From Staphylothermus marinus F1 (GTDB lineage: Archaea > Thermoproteota > Thermoprotei_A > Sulfolobales > Desulfurococcaceae), in contig NC_009033.1 of NCBI RefSeq assembly GCF_000015945.1, forward strand, positions 1,500,001 through 1,532,000: 32,000 nt of DNA, given 5' to 3'. Made by a program: the position numbers and the translations under genes. Shown here in pieces: positions 9,052-16,879 of this stretch; the stretch's first letter is position 1; every line of letters begins with the position of its first letter. The notes below the pieces were generated by a model. The model made no database searches. It saw nothing but the letters and a program-made list of their open reading frames with translations, and was not told where the DNA came from.

Positions 9052-9540
9052 ATGCATTTAACAGCTCTAGATAATGTTAGGATTGGATTAGTGAAGGTTA
9101 AGAAGATGTCTAAGGAGGAGGCAACACGTAGAGCTAAAGAAGCTTTAGAAATGGTTGGTATCGGGGAGGATTTATGGAATAAGTATCCTGCACAATTATC
9201 TGGCGGTCAACAACAACGTATAGCTATTGCTCGAGCAATAGCTATGGAGCCATCAATAATATTAATGGATGAACCAACATCTGCTCTAGACCCTGAACTC
9301 GTGGGTGAAGTTTTAAGAGTTATTGAGAAGCTTGCAAAGAGTAAAACTACAATGCTTATAGTGACTCATGAAGTAGGCTTCGCATTAGAAGCCGCTGATG
9401 AAATAATGATAATGGATGGCGGAGTTATAGTTGAGAAGGGTCCGCCGAGCGAAATAGTTAGAAATCCCAAACATGAGAGAACTAAGAGGTTTATCGCCAC
9501 AATCAGGGGTAGAAGATCTTGGGTTTCTTCGACGAGGTAG
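9052..9540 (+). pseudogene. polar amino-acid ABC transporter ATP-binding protein, 5'-truncated (no Walker A)
   Basis: The signature LSGGQQQRIAIARA, Walker B ILMDEPTSALD and H-loop VTHE are present. The ORF begins at ..HLTALDNV, which normally follows the Q-loop. The roughly 80 N-terminal residues carrying Walker A are absent, and an in-frame TGA lies at 9037-9039. Confidence 0.7.
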
Positions 9541-10208
9541 TTAATATAATATATGTTTATTATCCAATGTTTCTCGAGGGGCTTAAAAATACTCTTATCT
9601 TAACATTTACATCATATACTATGGGTTTCATTCTCGGATTCCTCATAGCTATTGGTAGGGTTTACGGTCCCCGACCACTACGCTATACTTTACTATCATA
9701 TGTTGAACTAATACGTGGTACACCAATGCTTCTCCAATTATTCATGGTATACTATGCATTACCAGAGATAGGCGTTAAACTAGACCCTCTCACAGCAGCA
9801 TTTCTAGGCATGGGTCTTAATAGTGCAGCTTATCAATCAGAATATCTTAGAAGCTCTATCAAAGCTGTTCCTAGAGGACAGTGGGAAGCAGCTCTATCTA
9901 TTGGAATGACGCGTTGGCAAGCAATGACATCTATAATTGCTCCAATAGCGCTAAGATCATCCATACCTGCATTAACTAATGAACTAGTATACTTGTTAAA
10001 ATATAGTTCACTAGCATACTTCTTAACAGTCATAGAACTAGTATATGCTGGAAAAATCATCGGTGCCGCTACATTTGCTTATCTGCAAATATATACTATA
10101 ATAGCGATCATATACTTTGCATTATCGTATATTATGATGCGGATAATGAAAATTATTGAAAAGAAAACAATGATACCAGGATTCATAACTGCACATCCGA
10201 GAACATGA
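9519..10208 (+). CDS. polar amino-acid ABC transporter permease (HisM/GlnP-type)
   Basis: 229 aa, multi-TM, with the EAA-loop region EAALSIGMTRWQAMTSIIAPIALRSSIPALTNE. It overlaps the end of the ATPase gene. Confidence 0.85.
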   Translation: MGFFDEVVNIIYVYYPMFLEGLKNTLILTFTSYTMGFILGFLIAIGRVYGPRPLRYTLLSYVELIRGTPMLLQLFMVYYALPEIGVKLDPLTAAFLGMGLNSAAYQSEYLRSSIKAVPRGQWEAALSIGMTRWQAMTSIIAPIALRSSIPALTNELVYLLKYSSLAYFLTVIELVYAGKIIGAATFAYLQIYTIIAIIYFALSYIMMRIMKIIEKKTMIPGFITAHPRT

Positions 10209-10345
10209 AAACTCCATACTTCATTGCTAATCAAAATACACCGTAGAAAAATCATTGATAACTATTTGTTTAAACTTAGTACATCATATGGCTTTATATG
10301 ATATCATAAGTGTAATATATAAGTAAATATAAGTGTGGTAAATAG

Positions 10346-10786
10346 GTGAGAAAATTGAATAAAATAAATCTTTCACTATCTATATTTATAATGATTGTAG
10401 CTATCATGGTTTCTGCAACATACGTATTTGCAGCGAATACTAGTACCAATATTAGCTCTATAAACATAACTAATACTCTGCTAAGTAATCCTAAAGTTTT
10501 AATTGTAATCATGATACAGTTCCTACTAGGTTTAGCACTTGGTTATTTCTCTGTTAAAGTCTTAAAATACTTACTAGCACTTCTAGGAATAATAATATTA
10601 GGTGCCGTATTATCGGTTTGGAGCATTGGCGGAAGCATACAAAACCTACTCTTAAACATGGGTTCAGAAGCTCAAAAGCTATGGCCTGTTATAATGGGTC
10701 TCATACAAACACTAGGAATACTAACAATGGGACCTGTAACAGCGGGAGTAGTATTAGGGTTAATAATAGGATTACTCAGAAAGTAA
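10346..10786 (+). CDS. membrane protein
   Basis: 146 aa with an N-terminal signal/anchor and three further hydrophobic segments. No family recognised. Confidence 0.5.
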   Translation: MRKLNKINLSLSIFIMIVAIMVSATYVFAANTSTNISSINITNTLLSNPKVLIVIMIQFLLGLALGYFSVKVLKYLLALLGIIILGAVLSVWSIGGSIQNLLLNMGSEAQKLWPVIMGLIQTLGILTMGPVTAGVVLGLIIGLLRK

Positions 10787-11273
10787 TCTTATAGAAACCA
10801 TATTGTAGAATAAATTTTTAGCTTTACTAATCTTTTAATAAACATAATTAAAAAGCCTTGTTACTGTTTGATCTTTGATTAAATAAATCAATATAGTTTT
10901 TCTTAAATCTTATGCTTGATCCGTAAATTCAAGTGGTAAATCAAATGTTCTTAGCTAAAATATAGAATCATTTATCGAAGTTATATTCCAGAAAAACTCG
11001 GTTAAAATTTTTCAGGCAATACTGATAAGAATAAATCTTTTATAATTGAAGAATACGAGATTAAATCTCTCAACAGTTATTTCAAAGATTCCGATATCAT
11101 TACAATATCAGAATTAATGAAATATTATTAGCACTTGTTGAGTTATGTATAGTTGAATAGATTTATATTTTGAAATTGTTAGGATCTAATTATTATATTT
11201 AAATGTTTGGAAAAGTATTTTAAGTTTGAATAATATTTTCTTATCTAATTATATAGTTGGGGTTAGATATATT

Positions 11274-11642
11274 ATGGAGACTTCTCTTGGTATTGAAGAA
11301 AATGTTGAGGCAGCCTTATCATATGTGCTTGGATGGATTACTGGTATAATATTCTTAGTTCTTGAAAAGAAAAGCGAATTTGTCAGGTTCCATGCAATGC
11401 AGTCAACTATAACATTCCTTGGATACACGATTATATTAATTATTCTGGATGTTCTAGCATTAATACCATTTATTGGCTTGGTCTTTGTTTTTCTAGGCTG
11501 GCTTGTTTGGATATTAGCTATTATAACAGCGATCATATGTATATTGAAGGCTTTAAAAGGAGAAAAATATAAGTTGCCAATAGTTGGAGACCTAGCTGAA
11601 AAATATTTAGCGAAATATACATCTAGTGTACAATCAGCTTAA
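11274..11642 (+). CDS. DUF4870-like small membrane protein
   Basis: EENVEAALSYVLGWITGIIFLVLEKKSEFVRFHAMQS fits my recollection of the DUF4870 pattern. ATG at 11274 is preferred over TTG at 11226. Confidence 0.55.
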   Translation: METSLGIEENVEAALSYVLGWITGIIFLVLEKKSEFVRFHAMQSTITFLGYTIILIILDVLALIPFIGLVFVFLGWLVWILAIITAIICILKALKGEKYKLPIVGDLAEKYLAKYTSSVQSA

Positions 11643-11917
11643 TAATTAACGATCACCATGCTTTAGATAAAATAATACTTAGTTTAAAACATATGGTTTC
11701 CCTTACATCATTTTGCTACAATAAATACTTGAACAAGCTTCTCCCTCTTACAGTATTAGGATTTTAATACTTTTCATTGAGGTATCTTTAGACTATTCGC
11801 TTGTTTAGATGCTATGGTTGTTTTGGAAATTATGAAAACTATGATTGTTTTGAGGGTTAGTTGTTAGGTTCGTTTTATATATTTTTGTATAGTTTTTATT
11901 GGTGGTGGGGGTTGGGG

Positions 11918-13144
11918 GTGAGGGTTTATGCAACCGTTAAGATAAGGGCGGTTGCCCCCAATCCCAGCCTCCACCACAAACTCTATCTATTTCTTAGATC
12001 ATATTGTGACTGGACACAGTATATTATAGATAATATATGGTTTGAAGATAAGATTCCATCTATGAAGAAACTACACGACAAATTTTATGGTTTGTTGAGG
12101 AGCATGGGTTTTCGTGCACATCACTGCCACAAAATTGAGCGTAGAGCAAAAGAAATTGTTAAATCCGTTAAGAAGAATAGGGGTAGGAAACCAGTATTGA
12201 GAAAATTAACAGCTAGAATAGATTATGAAGACTATAGACTAGATTTGAGGAGTAAAACATTGAAGATAGCTGTGCTCGATAATGAATGGATAGTTTTGAA
12301 GCTTAAATGGTACAGTTACATAAACAAATATATTAGTGATGATTGGAAGCTTAAGGAAATACTTGTATCTTTTAGAAACAATAATATATGGATATACTTG
12401 GTTTTTGAGAGAGAAGTTGTTTTTAGGAAGCCTAGAACTGTTATGGGTGTTGATATTAATTTTGACAACATAACATATACTATACTGGACATGAATGGTA
12501 GATTAGTATCTATGGGTATTATTCCATTCAAGGGTTTACGTAGAGCACTTCATTATAAGAAGCTTGCTGAGAAATTGCAGAAGAGGTATCCTAGGAATTG
12601 GAGATATGTTAAATGGGTTAGAAATGTTAGAGCTAGATGGTTGGGGAGAGCTAAGAACATATTGAGAGACACATCACACTATATAGCCAAAAAGATTGTA
12701 GGGATAGCAGATGAACATAACTCGGTAATAGTATTAGAGGATCTAAAAAATATTAAATCAAATAATAAGGGTAAAAGGTTTAATTGGAGAATAAATTTCT
12801 GGACATATCGTAGAATACAGGAGTACATCTACTATAAAGCATTAATAAAGAATATTCCTGTAGCATTCATTGATCCAAAATACAGTTCTAAGAAATCACC
12901 TATAGGTGATAGATTAATTTTCATAAACTATAGGTATGTTAGGTTGCCTAATGGATTCATTGTTACTCGCGACATTATTGCTTCATGGAACCTTGCACTC
13001 AGATATCTGCGGATGAAGGGCTCTGGGTGGTCTATGTGGAGCCCCGATAACTCCCTCAATGAAGGAATGAAGCCCCAACTCAAGAGGGGGAAGCCCGTGC
13101 AAGTATCAAAAATAACCAAAATAACCATAGTTTCTAAAAGATAA
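11918..13144 (+). CDS. tnpB: TnpB/OrfB RuvC-like (RNA-guided) endonuclease, zinc-ribbon cysteines absent
   Basis: RuvC-I is VMGVDINFDN, RuvC-II is VIVLEDLKNIK and RuvC-III is VTRDIIASWNLA. GTG at 11918 is the likely start, because the upstream 19 codons of the ORF-track frame lie in the IS left end. The usual CxxC...CxxC segment is replaced by YSSKKSPIGDRL...VRLPNGF. Confidence 0.85.
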   Translation: MRVYATVKIRAVAPNPSLHHKLYLFLRSYCDWTQYIIDNIWFEDKIPSMKKLHDKFYGLLRSMGFRAHHCHKIERRAKEIVKSVKKNRGRKPVLRKLTARIDYEDYRLDLRSKTLKIAVLDNEWIVLKLKWYSYINKYISDDWKLKEILVSFRNNNIWIYLVFEREVVFRKPRTVMGVDINFDNITYTILDMNGRLVSMGIIPFKGLRRALHYKKLAEKLQKRYPRNWRYVKWVRNVRARWLGRAKNILRDTSHYIAKKIVGIADEHNSVIVLEDLKNIKSNNKGKRFNWRINFWTYRRIQEYIYYKALIKNIPVAFIDPKYSSKKSPIGDRLIFINYRYVRLPNGFIVTRDIIASWNLALRYLRMKGSGWSMWSPDNSLNEGMKPQLKRGKPVQVSKITKITIVSKR

Positions 13145-13158
13145 TGCACGGGCAACCA
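13009..13158 (+). ncRNA. candidate omega/reRNA scaffold overlapping the tnpB 3' end and right end
   Basis: The segment is conserved at nucleotide level in two loci that lack a tnpB ORF (28251-28392 plus strand, 25436-25577 minus strand). The stems gggctc/gagccc (13018-13023/13039-13044) and gcccgtgc/gcacgggc (13093-13100/13146-13153) are kept in all copies while the loops diverge. Confidence 0.4.
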
Positions 13159-13330
13159 TTAATATTTCTATCCAACCCTAAACCTTTTCATCACATAGGG
13201 GATCAAGGTAATAGATATGTTGGAGACGTAGTTGCTGATCAATTCCTTAACGGAGTCTAGCCGAGATAATTTATATATATTCATATAGGTTTATAGAATA
13301 ATAATAGTAGATACTTCTTGTAAGTATTGT

Positions 13331-13356
13331 GTTTTAAACAATTGTTTTAAACAATG
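13331..13356 (+). promoter_or_regulatory. tandem 13-nt direct repeat upstream of the PEBP gene
   Basis: gttttaaacaatt followed by gttttaaacaatg (12 of 13 identical), ending 14 nt before ATG 13370. Each unit contains a TATA-like tttaaa. Confidence 0.25.
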
Positions 13357-13369
13357 TTTGGTGCTGGAT

Positions 13370-13969
13370 ATGTCTAGGAGATTAATTATTATCTTAATCC
13401 TCATTGTTGTGGCGATACTGGTTAGTATAGTATTTTATATGTTTTTGTTTAAGCCTGTGCATGAAGTTTATCCAAGCCCTATCAGAGAATTGATTATGGG
13501 TAAGCAGGGTTCTATCAGGGTTTGGAGCCCAGCATTCAGTAATGGTTCAAGAATACCCTCCCAGTACACATGTGATGGTATAGATGAGTCTTTCCCTCTA
13601 AGAATAGAGAATATCTCAGAAAATACTAGGTCACTCCTCCTCATAATGTATGATCCAGACGCCCCCCACGGAGTATTCTATCACTGGATACTATACAACA
13701 TCCCACCAAACACAACACAAATACCTGAAAACATCCCAAAAACACCTATTACAAAGTATGGATTGCAGGGTAGAAACAATTTTGGCAAGATAGGTTATGG
13801 AGGACCATGCCCCCCCAGAGGATTTGGGAGTCATAGATACTACATAATAGTATTAGCACTAAATACAAAACTCAAACTACCACCAGGAGCAAACATTAAT
13901 GAGGTAATTGATGAGGCAAAGAATCATGTAATAGCTTATGGTGTATACATGGGAAGATATAGTAGATAA
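13370..13969 (+). CDS. PEBP/YbhB-YbcL family (Raf-kinase-inhibitor-like) protein with N-terminal membrane anchor
   Basis: YDPDAPHGVFYHWILYNIP and GYGGPCPPRGFGSHRYYIIVLAL are the PEBP family signature blocks. The N-terminus LIIILILIVVAILVSIVFYMFLF is hydrophobic. Confidence 0.85.
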   Translation: MSRRLIIILILIVVAILVSIVFYMFLFKPVHEVYPSPIRELIMGKQGSIRVWSPAFSNGSRIPSQYTCDGIDESFPLRIENISENTRSLLLIMYDPDAPHGVFYHWILYNIPPNTTQIPENIPKTPITKYGLQGRNNFGKIGYGGPCPPRGFGSHRYYIIVLALNTKLKLPPGANINEVIDEAKNHVIAYGVYMGRYSR

Positions 13970-14303
13970 TAATTATAAATTATTGAAGCAATTCACCGAA
14001 CACAATCTGTTTTCGTAGAGGAACTCTTATTGGGTGGCAGTATAGTTTTTGTTTATTATCGGAGATATTTATGTTTGTTAATGTTTAAGTGTTGTATCAG
14101 TGTGTTTGTCTAGTGTGTTGGCCTGTATTTAAGAGTGATTACTGTATTAATGAGGCGGGTTGTAAGGGTGTGGTTAGGGCTTCTAGAACAGTAATTGGGA
14201 AAGGACTGTGGACAAGATATAACTTCCCAGATACAAGAATAAACACATATAAAATAATAAAAACAAGCATTTAGGGAGAAATGGTTATTGATTATTCGCT
14301 ATT

Positions 14304-14711
14304 TTATGGATCTAGTTTTTCTGCTTCCCCCCATAGAATTCTCACTAGATCCATAAATTTATCTAGCTCGTTTCTAAGAGTATCATATATTATGTCATGC
14401 CTTATCTCAGCATAGCCGTGAACAAGTATGTTCCTCATACCCGGAACAGCTAGTAGGATGTCAGAATATTTTCTTGGAACAATATTGGCATATATAATTG
14501 ATTCAACCACCTCCCTATAGCTTGGCCCCCTCGAGACCCCTTTACGAGCAGCTATGAATGCTGCTAGGTCAAGTATGGATTCTAAAACTATGTGTAAATG
14601 CCTCTCAGCCAATGCTTGTAGATCCTCGTTTACCCTGTATTCATCCCATGGTGTCTCAACAATATTTCTAAGCTTCTCCAAGCTCCTCCTAGCCCTAGAA
14701 ATTCTTGCCAC
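14304..14711 (-). CDS. hepT: HepT-type HEPN toxin (DUF86)
   Basis: The Rx4H motif is in MRNILVHGYAEI. 135 aa. It overlaps the upstream MntA gene by 17 nt. Confidence 0.85.
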   Translation of the reverse strand: MARISRARRSLEKLRNIVETPWDEYRVNEDLQALAERHLHIVLESILDLAAFIAARKGVSRGPSYREVVESIIYANIVPRKYSDILLAVPGMRNILVHGYAEIRHDIIYDTLRNELDKFMDLVRILWGEAEKLDP

Positions 14712-15114
14712 CAGACCTGGTGAGGGCGTAGTGCATCTCCCTCCTAAACAACTTTATTAGGGGCTCTAGATCAGCTACTTCATCTATAGCTTTTGCTAAG
14801 TCTTCATAGTATTCGTTCAAGCATTCCCTGCCACAATAATATATTAGGTCTCCATTGGAGAGAGCCTCCCACACAGCTATAGGGTTCCAGTCATCGATCA
14901 CCAGTAGATCAACTCTTCTACCAGCACACTTTTCAAGCATAGATAATATGAGTCCTCGCTCAACAAGTGATAGATTTCTCCCAGCCTTAACGGCAACATC
15001 ATAGTCGCTATGAGGACCAGCATATCCTCCAGCATGGGAGCCGTAAACTACTAGATACCTCAGACCATATTTTGAGGCAATACTTCTAAAACAATCATAT
15101 ATTCCCTTATCCAA
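14695..15114 (-). CDS. mntA: MntA-type nucleotidyltransferase antitoxin
   Basis: VVYGSHAGGYAGPHSDYDVAV carries the GSx(n)DxD motif. It lies directly upstream of the DUF86 gene. Confidence 0.85.
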   Translation of the reverse strand: MDKGIYDCFRSIASKYGLRYLVVYGSHAGGYAGPHSDYDVAVKAGRNLSLVERGLILSMLEKCAGRRVDLLVIDDWNPIAVWEALSNGDLIYYCGRECLNEYYEDLAKAIDEVADLEPLIKLFRREMHYALTRSGGKNF

Positions 15115-15249
15115 ACACTCAACACCTCATCACAATAAACTCTTAATAATAAATAAAATGATCTCCCATAATTAAAACATGTTATATACCATATTAAAAA
15201 TAATATGTAATTTACAATTTATAACCCAGCGTTACAGGGGGATATTATA

Positions 15250-15672
15250 GTGGGTTTACTGGGTAGAGGTTTCGGGTTAGGTCTTCACAAATATGATCCA
15301 TCCAGGTTTAAAAGTGCATACTTTCTAGATGTTTCCGATGCACAATATAATCCCCTAGACCCTGAGGAAATTGTTGCAGGTATTCATAGTGCTAGAAATC
15401 CAGGCTTCTACGGTATAGCTAAGTTTAGGAATGAGTCAATGGTTGCAGGGGTGGAGACCCATTATAAATGGGGAGGATACGAGCTATATGTTGATGCTGA
15501 GAATGAGCATCTCTACGTAGCTACGGGTAGGAATATTGTTGAGGTAAGGGATCTAGGTGATCTAAGATTTATTAAGAAATATGAATTACCTGTCAGTGGA
15601 GTAGTTGGGTTGGCATTAGATTCTGAGAACAGGATCTGGTTTATTTCTAATAGTCTATATGGTTTAGAGTAA
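15250..15672 (+). CDS. hypothetical protein (possible beta-propeller-like repeats)
   Basis: 140-aa ORF with a GTG start. Segments such as LYVATGRNIVEVRD and NRIWFISNS are reminiscent of NHL/propeller blades, but the resemblance is weak. Confidence 0.45.
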   Translation: MGLLGRGFGLGLHKYDPSRFKSAYFLDVSDAQYNPLDPEEIVAGIHSARNPGFYGIAKFRNESMVAGVETHYKWGGYELYVDAENEHLYVATGRNIVEVRDLGDLRFIKKYELPVSGVVGLALDSENRIWFISNSLYGLE

Positions 15673-15687
15673 ACAATACTCTAAACC
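15661..15687 (+). other. perfect 9-bp hairpin enclosing the stop codon of 15250-15672
   Basis: ggtttagag (15661-15669), loop taaacaata, ctctaaacc (15679-15687). This can be read directly from the sequence. Confidence 0.5.
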
Positions 15688-15717
15688 AGCTAGTATTGAT
15701 TCTCTAAGAATATCTCC

Positions 15718-15933
15718 TTGGGACAGAAGATCTTGGTGGCTGATTATGGTAGGCATATAGTTGAGTGTCATGGTGAAGATGGGGAATTATTGGGAGTCCT
15801 ATACTTCCCATATGTTTCAGGTGTGAAGTGGTGTGTTGATGAGAGAGTAGTGTTGTCGAGCGGTAAATACCCTAAACACACATTCTTAATACTTATAACC
15901 GGCGCCCCACCGAAACTGTTAAATATTGCATAG
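15718..15933 (+). CDS. hypothetical protein (same frame as 15250-15672)
   Basis: 71-aa ORF with a TTG start. ILVADYGRHIVECHGEDGELLGVLYF resembles an NHL-type blade. It is in the same frame as the upstream ORF but separated by four stops within 45 nt. Confidence 0.35.
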   Translation: MGQKILVADYGRHIVECHGEDGELLGVLYFPYVSGVKWCVDERVVLSSGKYPKHTFLILITGAPPKLLNIA

Positions 15934-15943
15934 GTATTTATAG

Positions 15944-16170
15944 GTGTTGGGCCTGCTCGGGATGCGGGTTTGTGGATGGAGACCTGAGGGGCAGGTCTTT
16001 AAGTGTTCAAGATGAAGGGTTTACCCCACAGCATAGGAGCTGTGGGCAGGGGTTACCCGGATCGGGGAGGAGGCCGATGATATGCTCCCCGATGAAAGGG
16101 GGGCTGAGGTTGATGAATCCCAAAGCCTACATAGGCCTATCAAGACCTACGTAGGCTGAACCCCCTACAT
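15944..16170. ncRNA. GC-rich, hairpin-dense island: candidate structured RNA of unknown class
   Basis: Hand count gives 124 G+C in 220 nt (56%) for 15951-16170, against about 38% in the next 60 nt. Four local hairpins are visible: agacctg/caggtct (15980-15998), cccacagc/gctgtggg (16025-16046), cggggag/ctccccg (16063-16091), and agcctac..tagg/ccta..gtaggct (16124-16157). The only ORF here (15972-16154) is R/G/S/P-rich and unconvincing. Confidence 0.4.
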
Positions 16171-16176
16171 AATACG

Positions 16177-16623
16177 ATGTATTCTTGCTGGTCAGGCTAC
16201 TTAATGGATTATGGTACTCAAGCATCTAACCGTGCAGATATGTTCTATATTGATAGAGTATTAATTCAATGGTATCTAGGATTCTTCGAACTAAAACTAC
16301 CCCTTCCAAAGAACACCCCCTACATAATCCGTGTTGGAAACGGTATGTATAGGAGTGGGGAGTTGATATGGGAGGAGGGGTTTGATTCATTCACACCCAT
16401 ACTAGTATTCAATAAATGCTACCTGATCTCTAGGCCTAGAACTGCTGAGTTATTATTGGAGAGGATGACGCCATACTGTAGTATTATAGCTCCAAAACCA
16501 AGTATTGAATGGGATAAGATAGCATTGTTTAAGGGGGAGTACAGTATAGATGTGCCAGGAGTTTATAGAGTTAGAGCAGTGAAGAAAGGATTTGTCGAAG
16601 TATATGCGATCTGTAAACCATGA
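16177..16623 (+). CDS. hypothetical protein
   Basis: 148-aa ATG ORF. No family recognised. Confidence 0.45.
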   Translation: MYSCWSGYLMDYGTQASNRADMFYIDRVLIQWYLGFFELKLPLPKNTPYIIRVGNGMYRSGELIWEEGFDSFTPILVFNKCYLISRPRTAELLLERMTPYCSIIAPKPSIEWDKIALFKGEYSIDVPGVYRVRAVKKGFVEVYAICKP

Positions 16624-16879
16624 TCGCTCACTCAACATATTCATTATCATCTCCAACCAATACATCATCATCTCAATACATGTTTCCAACAATAAGTACG
16701 CATTCTCTAAGAGTTAAATTGTAGACTGCCACATTAAAAATGTATGAATAAGTCACAAACTCATTCAATTACTCACTATATCACCCATACCTTGAAATAC
16801 TAATTTATACCGTGGAAAATCTTTATCTGAGGAAAAAATAAATACTGATCCCGGAGCTAAGAGGGAATAGTGCATATTA

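Larger units (their letters stand above)
11787..13158 (+). mobile_element. IS200/IS605-family element carrying tnpB only (IS1341-like, no tnpA)
   Basis: The left end tttagactattcgcttgtttagatgctatggttgttttggaaattatgaaaactatgattgtttt and the right end ...gataatgcacgggcaacca both recur in the short copies at 28127-28392 and 25436-25700. That recurrence defines the element ends to within about 10 nt. No Y1 transposase ORF is present. Confidence 0.75.

Noticed and set aside
14089-14274. 61-aa ORF in the PEBP-HepT intergenic region
   Set aside because: It is Cys-rich with a GTG start, has no recognisable features and does not fit the neighbouring operon structure. It is probably non-coding.
15972-16154. 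60-aa ORF within the GC-rich island
   Set aside because: Its R/G/S/P-rich composition is what any open frame in GC-rich hairpin DNA would give. It has a GTG start, no protein-like pattern, and a codon composition unlike neighbouring genes.
16063-16160. C/D-box sRNA reading of gatga / ctga / tgatga / ctga motifs in the GC island
   Set aside because: Box-like strings exist (tgatga at 16111-16116, ctga at 16104-16107 and 16156-16159), but the spacing (about 39 nt between the C-like and D-like boxes) does not fit the ~12-nt guide architecture of archaeal C/D sRNAs.
15944-16170. Assigning the GC island to SRP RNA, RNase P RNA or a tRNA
   Set aside because: I could not find the helix-8 GGAAGGGAGCA-like motif, the CR-I GAGGAAAGUCC motif or a T-loop/acceptor arrangement. 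The length of about 220 nt is also short for archaeal SRP or type-A RNase P RNA. It is left as an unknown class.
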